This document shows positions 27,065 to 36,956 of a stretch of 54,809 nucleotides of DNA, piece after piece. How positions within the stretch are numbered: the stretch's first letter is position 1; each line of letters starts with the position of its first letter. The notes beneath the pieces were generated by a model that saw only the letters and a list, made by a program, of their open reading frames with translations, did not search any database and was not told the DNA's origin. Both the position numbers and the translations under genes were made by a program. Source of the stretch: Gemmatimonadota bacterium (GTDB lineage Bacteria > Gemmatimonadota > Gemmatimonadetes > Gemmatimonadales > GWC2-71-9); NCBI GenBank assembly GCA_039586365.1, contig JBDHKN010000027.1, forward strand, positions 1 to 54,809, written 5' to 3'.

Positions 27065-28219
27065 CTAGTCGAAACAGAATTGGTGTATCAGTCCCTGCAG
27101 CGTCTCAGCGGCACGATTGAACTCGGAGATCGGGATAGACTCATTCGGTTTGTGTGCTACCTCGATGGATCCTGGACCCCAGATGGCGCACTCCATTCCC
27201 AGTTCCTGAAGCCAACCAGCGTCCGTGGCGTAAGATGCGCTGAAAGTCTCTGTCTGGCCCACTGCAGTACATAGCGCCTGGTAGATAGCGGTCTCCTCGG
27301 CCAACAACATGGGCGGTCCTTCACCGTTCACTGCGAAACTGTATCGCGCATCACCGACCGCGCGAGCGACGACGTGGCGCACCCTGTCGAGAGTCTGATC
27401 GCTAGGCATCCCGGGGAGGAGTCGCATACAACAGTCGAGCGTGCAGCGGTCGGGCACGATGTTGAGTGCGGTGCCTCCCAATACGCGCGCGATGTTCAGC
27501 GGCACGTAGGGGACCTCAGGGAAGTACTCCGCGTTCGGCGGTGTTTCGCCTTCCAAGGTTTGCCGCAGCTCTGTCAAGGCGACGATGAGCCGGCCCACTG
27601 GCTCTATTGCACTCTGGCCCAGATGGGGATACCCGCTGTGGGCACTCAGACCCTCAATCACGACGCGGAAATCCAGGTATCCCTTGTGCATCCGAATCAC
27701 GCGGAGTGAGGTCGGCTCGCCCACGATAGTGGCCTTGGGAAGACTGGCGGCGTCGGTCCAGGTTCCGGCGAGGTGGCGGGCACCGGCGGTGCCAACTTCC
27801 TCGTCGTAGGTGAGCACGAGTACCAGGGGGTGCCGGTAGCTTGAGGGATCGGCTGCTGCTGCGGCATTGATGGCGAGGGCCAAGAAGCCCTTCATATCGC
27901 AGGCACCTCTTCCGAAGTAGCTATCGCCGACCTTTGTGAGCGTGAACGGATCACTCTGCCAGTCGGGTTCCTCAGCTGGGACCACATCCATGTGGCCGGC
28001 CAGTGCTAGTCCCGTTCTGTCACCTAGGCCGCCGTTCCCAACCCGCACTACGAGATTCGCCTTGTCACTATCCGGTGACGGCACGCGCTGGACCTGAATC
28101 CCGGGTCGGGTGAGATACTCACAGATGAAGTCGGCTAGCGGCAGATTGCTCTTGTGGCTGGTTGAATCGAAGCCGACCAACATGGCCAGTAGTTCCTCGT
28201 TGCTCAGTAAGGAGGGCAT
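27065..28219 (-). CDS. argE: Acetylornithine deacetylase (M20 family)
   Basis: GHMDVVP, GRGACDMKGF, DEEVG, VGEPT, HKG, GPGSIEVAHKPNE. Confidence 0.9.
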   Translation of the reverse strand: MPSLLSNEELLAMLVGFDSTSHKSNLPLADFICEYLTRPGIQVQRVPSPDSDKANLVVRVGNGGLGDRTGLALAGHMDVVPAEEPDWQSDPFTLTKVGDSYFGRGACDMKGFLALAINAAAAADPSSYRHPLVLVLTYDEEVGTAGARHLAGTWTDAASLPKATIVGEPTSLRVIRMHKGYLDFRVVIEGLSAHSGYPHLGQSAIEPVGRLIVALTELRQTLEGETPPNAEYFPEVPYVPLNIARVLGGTALNIVPDRCTLDCCMRLLPGMPSDQTLDRVRHVVARAVGDARYSFAVNGEGPPMLLAEETAIYQALCTAVGQTETFSASYATDAGWLQELGMECAIWGPGSIEVAHKPNESIPISEFNRAAETLQGLIHQFCFD

Positions 28220-28406
28220 TGTGTAAGCATGTTGAGACGTGTCGTAAGGAGCAAGGTGTTGGCGCCGCTGGCAACCCTCTTGCCACCGGCCGGATCCTGA
28301 GTGAGGTTAGCCGTGTCGGCGGTCACCGGGAACGGTGCGGCTGGCGAAGACCGCTGTTGACCACCAACATCGTCAGAAGCTCACTTGGGCCGGAGGAAAC
28401 GAGCAT

Positions 28407-29078
28407 ATGGCTATCACCTTCACGTTTCTGGGGCACGCAGGATTCGTGTTGGAGGACGGCAACCATTCGGTCGCCATCGACCCCTTCTTGACAGGCAATC
28501 CCGTTGCCACGCAGGCACCGCAAGATATCCGCTGCAAGTCTATAGTCCTCACCCACGGCCACGCCGATCACATGGGTGACACCGAGGCGATAGCAAAGGC
28601 GAATGACGCCACCGTTTACGGGGCCTTCGAGATCTATGAATACCTAACCGAGCAAGGCTGCAAGGCCGATCCCGGAAACCCGGGCGGAAAGATAAGCACA
28701 GATTTCGGTTGGGTGGCCTTCACACCAGCGATACACTCTTCGTCTTATGAGGGCCGCTACATGGGCATGCCATGTGGGGTCGTGGTCCAGCTCGGTGGGG
28801 TCACTGTATATCACTGTGGTGACACAGCGCTCTTCAGTGACATGAAACTCATCGGTGAGATCTATCGGCCGGATGTGGCGCTGATTCCCATAGGAGACCG
28901 GTTCACCATGGGCCCGGAGTTGGCAACCAAGGCGGCTGAGTGGATCAAGCCGAAGGTGGCGGTCCCGATCCATTACAAGACATGGCCGCTGCTGGCACCG
29001 GACGCATCGGGTTTTACCCCGGCAGGAGTGGAGGTGAAGATCATGGAGCCGGGTGACAGCTGGTCATACGGCAAGTGA
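28407..29078 (+). CDS. Metal-dependent hydrolase, UPF0173 MBL family
   Basis: GGAGG SD, FLGHA, IDPFLTGNP, THGHADH, YHCGDT, PIGDRFTMG, PIHY. Confidence 0.92.
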   Translation: MAITFTFLGHAGFVLEDGNHSVAIDPFLTGNPVATQAPQDIRCKSIVLTHGHADHMGDTEAIAKANDATVYGAFEIYEYLTEQGCKADPGNPGGKISTDFGWVAFTPAIHSSSYEGRYMGMPCGVVVQLGGVTVYHCGDTALFSDMKLIGEIYRPDVALIPIGDRFTMGPELATKAAEWIKPKVAVPIHYKTWPLLAPDASGFTPAGVEVKIMEPGDSWSYGK

Positions 29079-29218
29079 TGCGGCTACACACTGAGTTGTG
29101 ATAGACAGATGATCGAGAGCCGGGCGGGTGACCGACGGTAGATGACTGGGTGCTTGAGTAGCTGATAGTCCGGAGACAGGAGATACTCAAGCACCTGTAC
29201 GGCCAAACATCTGGATAG

Positions 29219-30307
29219 TCAGGGCGACGGCGTGCCTGATCGCAGACCCAGCTGTGCTAGGAAGGAGTCCTCGGCCGTAGCGGTGAACAGATTGTCTGCG
29301 ATCTCGGCGATCTCTTCGGCGTCGCGCCACCTTCGCTCCAGCCACTTCAGTTGACCCTTCAGGGCCTGCCGCTCGGTTTCCTCATGGGCTGCCATCTCCA
29401 GAGCCAGTCTGATTGGCACGGGGTAGCCGCCAACTCCTGTGTTGCCGAATCCGAGGTTCTTGAGCCGCTGAGCCGCATGCTGGATGTATCCTTCGGCGCT
29501 GCCAACTCGCTCCAGCTCCTTCACCGCATCCACAACCTGAGTCTGCGAAGCACCAAAACCGTTGGCGATGGGAAGCATGAGGCCCAGTATGTGTGTGGCC
29601 TGCGGTGCCTGAAACCCCTCCCAACCTACCGAGTGCGCGATCTCGAGGCGCCAGTCGTCGCTGAACTCACTTACCCGCATTTCCGGAATGTGCCGGGTCC
29701 GTACGTAGGAGAAATCCAGCGTGTTGATGCGAACCTTTGCGACAATCCGGCCGAGCAGCCTTTCAATGCGATCGGGACCGAGTTCTTTCCACAGCTCTTC
29801 CGTACCGGCTCCCGCTAGCAACCCCAGTCCGATCGCGGCCGGGGTACCCACCAGCAGAGCCACGCCGGCTCCAATGAGACCACCCGCCCCCGTCATCCAT
29901 CCGAAGCGATCGGCTGTTCGCGCACCGGCTTTGATGAAGGCCCTGCGACGGCGGCCCTTGAGCTCGTCGGCATACCGCCAGATGGCGAGTTCCTGTCGAA
30001 ACGGCTCGCCAATGCGTATGAGCTCCAGGACACCGTAGACCACCGCTAACCCAATGTTCTCGCTGCAGACCCGAACGGAAGTCTTGCGGAACAACCGCTC
30101 GCATTCCTCAATGGCCTCCCACCGGTCATCCAAGGGCGTCAGATTCCACCCTCCGCAAGCGGGGCAGACAACCCAGAGGCGCCCTTTGCTGGCGTCGAAG
30201 GCCAGGCGGTGCCCCACCGGGCAATGCTCGACTATTTCGTTCTGCCCCACGTGTCCCTGGCAGAAGAGACAGCTATAGGTTGGCCGTGGCTCGGCTGAAA
30301 GCCTCAT
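29219..30307 (-). CDS. Hypothetical protein with N-terminal Cys motifs
   Basis: CLFC...RLAFDASKGRLWVVCPAC..WNLTP..RWEAIEECER, a central Gly-rich hydrophobic segment, and RLALEMAAHEETER. Start uncertain. Confidence 0.7.
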   Translation of the reverse strand: MRLSAEPRPTYSCLFCQGHVGQNEIVEHCPVGHRLAFDASKGRLWVVCPACGGWNLTPLDDRWEAIEECERLFRKTSVRVCSENIGLAVVYGVLELIRIGEPFRQELAIWRYADELKGRRRRAFIKAGARTADRFGWMTGAGGLIGAGVALLVGTPAAIGLGLLAGAGTEELWKELGPDRIERLLGRIVAKVRINTLDFSYVRTRHIPEMRVSEFSDDWRLEIAHSVGWEGFQAPQATHILGLMLPIANGFGASQTQVVDAVKELERVGSAEGYIQHAAQRLKNLGFGNTGVGGYPVPIRLALEMAAHEETERQALKGQLKWLERRWRDAEEIAEIADNLFTATAEDSFLAQLGLRSGTPSP

Positions 30308-30582
30308 GGGCGAATTCCTATAAACACCACATACGTAATATGCACCAGATGTCGTCGTACTCCCAGTCTGAGCTGGGTTCCCCCACGGCACAGCAGCACG
30401 GCGCGCTGTGCCGGCCGACCGCGCACACCAGGCTACCGTGCAGGGATCTGCGTGACGCCAGCTGCGGCATCGGATCTGTACCTCAGTTCGATAGCACGTT
30501 CCACGTACCTCTACGAACACTACGTGACGAGACAATGGAAGATTTATGCCGGGATGGCATCATACCTCATTAGGGAGCACCA

Positions 30583-30611
30583 TTGACACCTAGAGTTACG
30601 TCCGTCATAAT
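30583..30611 (+). promoter_or_regulatory. sigma70-like promoter just upstream of the aminotransferase
   Basis: TTGACA (30583-30588), 17 nt, CATAAT (30606-30611). Confidence 0.65.
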
Positions 30612-30621
30612 CTCGACCACT

Positions 30622-31764
30622 ATGACTAACAAGGCGACTAAAACCGACAAATCGTTCGACCAGCTGCGTCACCAGCCGCGTGTATTGCTCGGGCCAGGAC
30701 CCAGCAACCTTCATCCACGGGTCGTTCAGGCCATGACCAGCCCGATCCTCGGGTATCTCGATCCGGATTTTCTGAGTGTCATGGACGACACGATGGAGCT
30801 GTTGCGGCATCTATTCCAGACTCAAAACGAGATGACGTTCGCCCTGCCAGGAACTGGAATGGCGGGCATGGAAGCGGCCATCTGCAACGTTGTCGAGCCG
30901 GGGGACGAAGTGATCGTGGGTATCCACGGGTTTTTCGGGCAGCGAATGGGCGAGATTGTCGAGCGGCACGGCGGCAAGGCCATCCGAGTGGAGGTCGATT
31001 TCGGTCAGGTGGTGGAAACCGCTCAGATCGAATCGGCTCTGAACTCCCATCCCAACGCCAAGATGGTCGCACTGGTGCACGGCGAGACGTCCTCGGGTAT
31101 CGGTCAGCCATTGGAGCAGCTCGGGAAGCTGGTTCGCGGACGGGACAAGCTCTTTCTGGTTGATACAGTCTGCTCGCTGGGTGGATCGGACATACCGGTG
31201 GACAAGTACTTGATCGACATCTGCTATAGCGGAGGTCAGAAGTGCATCGGCGGGCCCGCGGGCATCTCGTGCATTACTCTCAATGATCGGGCGATGCAGG
31301 TGATTGAAGCGAGAAGCCGCCCTGTCGACACCTGGTATCTGGATCTCTTGCTGATCCGCAAGTATTGGTTCTCCGATCGTGTCTACCACCACACCGCCCC
31401 TGGTCCACTCGTTTACGCCCTACGGGAGGCGCTGCGGCTGGTCCAGGAGGAGGGGTTGCAGGCACGATTCGCGCGGCACCAGCGATGCGGCGACCTGCTG
31501 AAGGCCGGATTGACGGGTCTTGGATTGGAGTTGTTTGGTGATCCGTCGAACCGGCTACCCATGCTGACCTGTGTGATGATCCCGGCTGGTGTCGACGACG
31601 CGGCGGTGAGAGAGCATCTGTTGCGGCACTACGGGATCGAGATCGTTGGTGGTTTCGGACCGCTCAAAGGTAAGGCGTGGCGGATCGGCTTGATGGGGTA
31701 CAGCTGTAGCGAGCGCAACGTCCACTACCTGATCGCTGCCTTGCGAGAGATCCTGGAGAAATAG
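30622..31764 (+). CDS. Alanine-glyoxylate / serine-pyruvate aminotransferase (class V PLP)
   Basis: LLGPGPS, GTGMAGMEAA, VHGETSSG, VDTVCSLGG, SGGQKC, YHHTAP, RIGLMG. Confidence 0.93.
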   Translation: MTNKATKTDKSFDQLRHQPRVLLGPGPSNLHPRVVQAMTSPILGYLDPDFLSVMDDTMELLRHLFQTQNEMTFALPGTGMAGMEAAICNVVEPGDEVIVGIHGFFGQRMGEIVERHGGKAIRVEVDFGQVVETAQIESALNSHPNAKMVALVHGETSSGIGQPLEQLGKLVRGRDKLFLVDTVCSLGGSDIPVDKYLIDICYSGGQKCIGGPAGISCITLNDRAMQVIEARSRPVDTWYLDLLLIRKYWFSDRVYHHTAPGPLVYALREALRLVQEEGLQARFARHQRCGDLLKAGLTGLGLELFGDPSNRLPMLTCVMIPAGVDDAAVREHLLRHYGIEIVGGFGPLKGKAWRIGLMGYSCSERNVHYLIAALREILEK

Positions 31765-31902
31765 CGAGTGGAATCCGGGGCAACGCTGCTTGCTGGCCTT
31801 GTCAGGCGGAGGGTCGTAGAGGCCGGGAAGCAGGCCGAGGTCTCACTCCCTCATTATGGGGATTCTGTGGGTTCCTCACTCCCCGCTTGGCTGTACCAAA
31901 GC

Positions 31903-32802
31903 CTACCGAGCGGGGCGTGCCGCCACGATTGCCAGCCTGTCACCCTCCAGACTCACGGCAAGGCGCGTGATTCCGGAGATGCCCGCGTCGCTCATATCGG
32001 TCACCTCCCGCCAACCGCTGCCGCTAGAGGGGACCCAGCGGAACAGCTTGGTATCCAGGCCCATCAACACGGATCCATCCGGCAGCCAAGCGTAATATTC
32101 GTTGCCGCTGAGTAGTTGAATTAGTGGGCTCACCGCACCGGTCGCCAGGTCGAGTTGCTTGATCAGATACTCAGGCACGCGATGCGTGAAGCTTATCGCG
32201 GCGCGGCCGGGCACCCGGTGCAACGAGCGCCCGATGTTGTATGCGACTATCTGAGCGCGTCCTGTTTGTACGTTTGCAAGCTGAAGAGTAGCCGGCGTCA
32301 CTGAGTCGCCGAGAACGAACAACGCCACAGTATTGGCATCGCCCCAGGCGTGATAGCCGACCGGTTGGATCTCCGTCAACACTACCCGTGGGTTTGCACC
32401 TTTGAGATCGAACTGCCAGAGACGCTGGGCAGAGTCCGCTTCCACGCGAACTACCGAGAACGTGTTGCTCCCTGGCATCATGGCTGGAGAGTACTCGCTC
32501 TCTGGATCGGTGTCCGTTACGCGTTCCGTGATCTGCGTCGCGATGACGTAGCGGTATATGTCCGTCTGGCCGCCTCGGCTTGAGCTGTAGAGCAGACTGT
32601 TGCCATCCGGCAGGAAAAAGGGCTGGTTGTCGTAGCCGTCTCGATTCGTGATGTTCAAGGACCTGTCGAAGGTCACCTGATCGCCGGCCAGGCGGATCGC
32701 CACCAGGTGTATGTCGGTGCCTGGTCCTTGAGCCCAACCGGCATAGGACAGCAGCAACGACGCGGTCAGGGCGGTCACGGGTGAGCGGCTTAGCTTGGGC
32801 AT
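31903..32802 (-). CDS. Exported TolB-like (PD40) beta-propeller protein
   Basis: Signal peptide, GYDNQPFFLPDG, QTDIYRY, ESEYSP repeats. Confidence 0.8.
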   Translation of the reverse strand: MPKLSRSPVTALTASLLLSYAGWAQGPGTDIHLVAIRLAGDQVTFDRSLNITNRDGYDNQPFFLPDGNSLLYSSSRGGQTDIYRYVIATQITERVTDTDPESEYSPAMMPGSNTFSVVRVEADSAQRLWQFDLKGANPRVVLTEIQPVGYHAWGDANTVALFVLGDSVTPATLQLANVQTGRAQIVAYNIGRSLHRVPGRAAISFTHRVPEYLIKQLDLATGAVSPLIQLLSGNEYYAWLPDGSVLMGLDTKLFRWVPSSGSGWREVTDMSDAGISGITRLAVSLEGDRLAIVAARPAR

Positions 32803-32911
32803 GGAGATTTCCTCTCGGCTCAGTATTATCCGCCAGCCGGAACGTTGCCTTGGCCACGCGCCACGGTCAAGCAGGCATCTGCTGCGAACACGTAGAGGAG
32901 GCTACAGGTCG

Positions 32912-33364
32912 ATGCGAAACATCTTGTTGGCCGCCGGACTCGTGGGTCTGGCGGGGTGTAGTCCCGGTGAAAACGCTCAAGCGGACGAACAGTTTGCCCC
33001 AGATCTGGAGGTGGTAGTGGATTCTTTGATCGAGATGTCGTCAGGCTTGCGGTACCAAGATCTAGCGGTCGGTGGAGGGGATGAAGCCACCTCCGGGAAG
33101 GACGTTGTGGTGCACTATACGGGCTGGCTTACTGACGGCAGCAAATTCGATAGCAGCGTGGATCATGGAAGGCCCTTTTCCTTCAAGTTAGGAACTGGAA
33201 GTGTCATCTCCGGATGGGACGAAGGTGTCGCTGGGATGAAGGTGGGTGGAAAACGGAAGCTCGTCATCCCTCCGGCTCTGGGCTACGGCAGGAGTGGGTC
33301 TCCACCCGTTATCCCGCCCAACGCCACGCTCGTATTCGACGTGGAACTGCTGGAAGTACGCTAA
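32912..33364 (+). CDS. FKBP-type peptidyl-prolyl isomerase, lipoprotein
   Basis: GAGGAGG SD, lipobox LAGC, VHYTGWL..G.KFDSS, VISGWDEG, IPPNATLVFDVEL. Confidence 0.95.
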   Translation: MRNILLAAGLVGLAGCSPGENAQADEQFAPDLEVVVDSLIEMSSGLRYQDLAVGGGDEATSGKDVVVHYTGWLTDGSKFDSSVDHGRPFSFKLGTGSVISGWDEGVAGMKVGGKRKLVIPPALGYGRSGSPPVIPPNATLVFDVELLEVR

Positions 33365-33442
33365 GAAGAGGCTGGAGAGGAGGTGGCTCGGTGCGTGGTG
33401 CTTCGTCTCGTTTCCCACGCACCTCCACCCGCCAGCTTTGTA

Positions 33443-35464
33443 CTAGCACCCGGGTGGCTGATCTCGGTCCCACACGTTGTTGCCCCGGTCGACGTCGGGG
33501 AATGCCATCTCGGCATCGATCTCGACCCGCACTACCGGTGATCCTGCGGGGATTTTGAGTTCGGCGCTGGTTGCGCCGCCCAGCCAAGTCTGTACCGGAA
33601 CCTCCAGTGTTACGATCTCGCCATTCTGTCGGGTGACTGTCACCCGGGCCGGCATGGGTGCCCAACCGAGGTCCTCAATCAGGATCGTGGTGCCGGTCTG
33701 ATTGGCGATCACGCTTTCCACAGCGTGGTCGAGGGTCCAGGTCTCGTAGTACCAAGATCGCCAGAACCAATCCAGATCCTGGCCGCTCGCGGAGGCGAAA
33801 TGATTGAAGAAGTCCCACGGCTGCGGATGCTTGTATGCCCAGGTTCTTATATACTCGTGATACGCGCTGTCAAATCCATCTGCACCGAGCAGCCCCCGCA
33901 GCGTGGTAAGTAGAGCGGCCGGTTTGGAGTAGGATGCTGTCCCGTAGGCTTGACCCGAGTAGTGATAGTCGCTCCACCGCATGATCTCGCCCTCGAGGCC
34001 CATGCGGGCCACGAAGAGATAGCCCTCACTGTTATCCTGGCTGTGGTCCACTCCTGGGTAGAACTCGTCCTCAGCATAGCTGTTGTTGAACGAAGTCGTA
34101 CCCTCATCCATCCAAGAGTGGCGCCGCTCGTCCGTACCGACGACCATTGGCACCCACATGTGCGCCAGCTCATGAGCGGTGACTCCATAGAGTCCGGCGT
34201 CGCCACCTTGGTTGTAAGTGCCCATGAGAGTCATCATTGGGAACTCCATCCCGCCGCCAATGATACCTCCGCCCTCGATCGAGGTCATGTGGGGCCAGGG
34301 GTACGGGAAGCCAGTCCAGCGGGAGAGGAAGTCAATGCTATGTTGGGCGTAACGCCATTGCTGATTCCAGCGTGGGGCACTGCTGCGCCAGAAAGAATTG
34401 ATCAGTGCATAGTCGGCGTTACCGTCGCCGTCCCGGTCGCCCACAGCAGTTCGGGTCGCGTCCCACTGGGATGCCCTCATTGCGCTGAACGCTACGTCTC
34501 GGACCGTATCGCTGCGAAACCGCCAGCGGAGGTAGCCGTCTGGTGAGCTTCTGGTCGCGTTGCCAGGGCCCAGGTCCGACTCGGTCAGGACGTGGACCAC
34601 GCTGTCGCTACTCTGCGCAAGTCGATACCGCTGCAGAATCGGGTCAGGTAACACCTCAGCAGGATTCAGCAAGGCACCCGTTGCCATGACCACCCACCCT
34701 TCCGGCGCCACCACGGTGAGATCGTAACTGCCGTACCCCAGGTAGAACTCGGCGTTGCCCAGGAATTGGTCCACCTGCCAGCCCACGACGTCGTCGTATA
34801 CAGCCATTTGTGGATACCAGTATGCGATATGAAACAGGTTGTCCGCGCTCCAACCCATGCGCCCACTGGCACCGCTCTGGGGCACCTTGAAGGTCCAATC
34901 GACAGCCAGCTGGAGCGAATCACCAGGTCTGATCGGTTGCGCAGGCCTGAGATACATTATGGTCCCATCGACCGCGTAACCTGCCATTCGGTTCCGCCCC
35001 ATCAGGTCGAAGACTGTCAGTTCCTGCAGTGCATTACCGGCAGCCGCGACGTGAGTCAACTCGACGCCACCGGTGACCTCCGCTCGTTCGTTCCTCACAG
35101 CACCTTCGGCATGGAGGTTCTGGAACAGGTGTAAGGCCACGAACGGGAGTTCATCGGGTGACCGGTTGTGGTACACCACACCGGCATGGGCCTCGATTCG
35201 TTTCTCTTCGGGGACCAGCTTCGCTTCGAGCGCGTAGTCCGTCCACTGTTGCCAGTAGTTGGGACCGGGCCTGCCGATTTCAGTCCTGGTGCCTTCCTGG
35301 ATTGCGCGCTGGAACTCGGGGGCCGTGATCACCGGATAGGGTAGCGGCCTGGTGGCGACATTCGGCTGCGTCTGAACGAATACGCGGCGCTGTCCCTGAA
35401 GCACTGCTGCATGCAGCGAGCTGAGCAGCGCCAAACCGGTGATGTAGATGCCTATCTGTCTCAT
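33443..35464 (-). CDS. M1-family metalloaminopeptidase, exported
   Basis: Signal peptide, GGMEFP, HELAH-x18-E (WMDEG), YSKP. Confidence 0.93.
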   Translation of the reverse strand: MRQIGIYITGLALLSSLHAAVLQGQRRVFVQTQPNVATRPLPYPVITAPEFQRAIQEGTRTEIGRPGPNYWQQWTDYALEAKLVPEEKRIEAHAGVVYHNRSPDELPFVALHLFQNLHAEGAVRNERAEVTGGVELTHVAAAGNALQELTVFDLMGRNRMAGYAVDGTIMYLRPAQPIRPGDSLQLAVDWTFKVPQSGASGRMGWSADNLFHIAYWYPQMAVYDDVVGWQVDQFLGNAEFYLGYGSYDLTVVAPEGWVVMATGALLNPAEVLPDPILQRYRLAQSSDSVVHVLTESDLGPGNATRSSPDGYLRWRFRSDTVRDVAFSAMRASQWDATRTAVGDRDGDGNADYALINSFWRSSAPRWNQQWRYAQHSIDFLSRWTGFPYPWPHMTSIEGGGIIGGGMEFPMMTLMGTYNQGGDAGLYGVTAHELAHMWVPMVVGTDERRHSWMDEGTTSFNNSYAEDEFYPGVDHSQDNSEGYLFVARMGLEGEIMRWSDYHYSGQAYGTASYSKPAALLTTLRGLLGADGFDSAYHEYIRTWAYKHPQPWDFFNHFASASGQDLDWFWRSWYYETWTLDHAVESVIANQTGTTILIEDLGWAPMPARVTVTRQNGEIVTLEVPVQTWLGGATSAELKIPAGSPVVRVEIDAEMAFPDVDRGNNVWDRDQPPGC

Positions 35465-35761
35465 CCTGGGTGACTCCCGTGATCTCGTTGACTGGTTGGG
35501 GGTACTATGACCCTGCTGGGGTTCCTCTAGTGAACCCCATTGCTCCGGTTTGTGTCGGGCAACACATGCTGTGGATTTGTGTGCCAGGCGCGGGACCTTC
35601 GCCCGTTCAGCGTCGGTTGATCCCGTGGATCTCGCGTCGCCCCACCTCACCGCGCTAGATTCGAATATCGACTGACGGTTCTGGTAGGCCTAATAAGCTA
35701 ACACTGCTCCCTCAATCAGGTTCCAGGATCTTGGGAGCCTTGCAGGAAGCTCGGAGGTTCG

Positions 35762-36901
35762 GTGAGAGTCGCAGTACTCGGGGTAGGCAGAGTGGGAAGT
35801 GCCATCGTTGCGGACCTCGCGCGCGATGGGGATTTCGAGGTGACGGCGGTTGATGGTTCGGCCGCCGCGCTCCAGCGTGCCGCACTTAAGGGTGCCGCTA
35901 GCGAGCAACGGCTAGACCTCGGCGATCGAGGACAGGTTCGCGAACTCGCCGCACGACACGACCTGGTGGTTGGTGCAGTGCCCGGCCCGATCGGTTACCA
36001 GACTCTCGAGGCTGTCATCCAGACGGGCACCGATGTGGTGGACATCTCCTTCTTCGCAGAGAATCCTCTCCAACTCAACGAGCTGGCTGAAGACATGGGG
36101 GTAACCGCTGTCGTGGACTGTGGGGTAGCTCCCGGTCTGAGCAACATGTTGTTGGGATTCACCGAAACGGCCTGTGACAGAGTGAAACGGTTCATTTGCT
36201 ACGTCGGTGGACTGCCTGTCGATCGCGGCGGGCTCTTTCAATACAAGGCCCCGTTCTCTCCGATCGATGTGATAGCTGAATACAGTCGGCCTGCGCGGTA
36301 CGTCGAGAGTGGAGAGCTGAGAACCGAAGCCGCCCTATCTCAAGTGGAACAGATCGAGGTCGAAGGCGTGGGGACGCTGGAGGCATTTCTCACCGACGGA
36401 CTCCGGACGTTGCTCCACACCGCGCGTGTGCCGGACATGCGGGAAAAGACCATAAGGTATCCCGGCCATGCAGCACAGATGGCGCTGTTGCGGGAAATGG
36501 GCCTGTTCGGTCAGGAACCTGTCGAGATAGAGGGCACCAAAGTCGTGCCACGCGAACTGGCAGCCCGGCTGCTGATCCCTCTGTGGGAGTTCGGTCCGGG
36601 TGATCAAGACATAACGGTAATGCGAGTGGAAATAGAAGCAGTGAGCGGTTCTGTGTCGAGCCGCCATGTCTTCGAACTGCTAGACCGCTACGATGCCCAG
36701 ACGGGCACTTTGTCCATGGCGCGCACAACCGGATACACCTGCACGGCAGTTGTGCGGTTAGTGGCAAGTGGGCTGTACAGCAGAACCGGCATCTCTCCGC
36801 CGGAGTACGTTGGTCGGGATGCTGGGTGCTTCGAATCTGTGGTTGGTGATCTCAAGGCGAGAGGCATCGAGCTGCGAGAATCGGTAGCGGCCTCGAGCTG
36901 A
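35762..36901 (+). CDS. Saccharopine dehydrogenase-like oxidoreductase
   Basis: GVGRVG Rossmann motif, DCGVAPGLSN, VGGLP, EAFLTDGLRT, KTIRYPGH, MARTTG. Confidence 0.9.
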   Translation: MRVAVLGVGRVGSAIVADLARDGDFEVTAVDGSAAALQRAALKGAASEQRLDLGDRGQVRELAARHDLVVGAVPGPIGYQTLEAVIQTGTDVVDISFFAENPLQLNELAEDMGVTAVVDCGVAPGLSNMLLGFTETACDRVKRFICYVGGLPVDRGGLFQYKAPFSPIDVIAEYSRPARYVESGELRTEAALSQVEQIEVEGVGTLEAFLTDGLRTLLHTARVPDMREKTIRYPGHAAQMALLREMGLFGQEPVEIEGTKVVPRELAARLLIPLWEFGPGDQDITVMRVEIEAVSGSVSSRHVFELLDRYDAQTGTLSMARTTGYTCTAVVRLVASGLYSRTGISPPEYVGRDAGCFESVVGDLKARGIELRESVAASS

Positions 36902-36956
36902 CGTAACAGTACAGTGAAGACACGCTCTTGATCGCGACGCTCGGAGGGGCAAGGCA

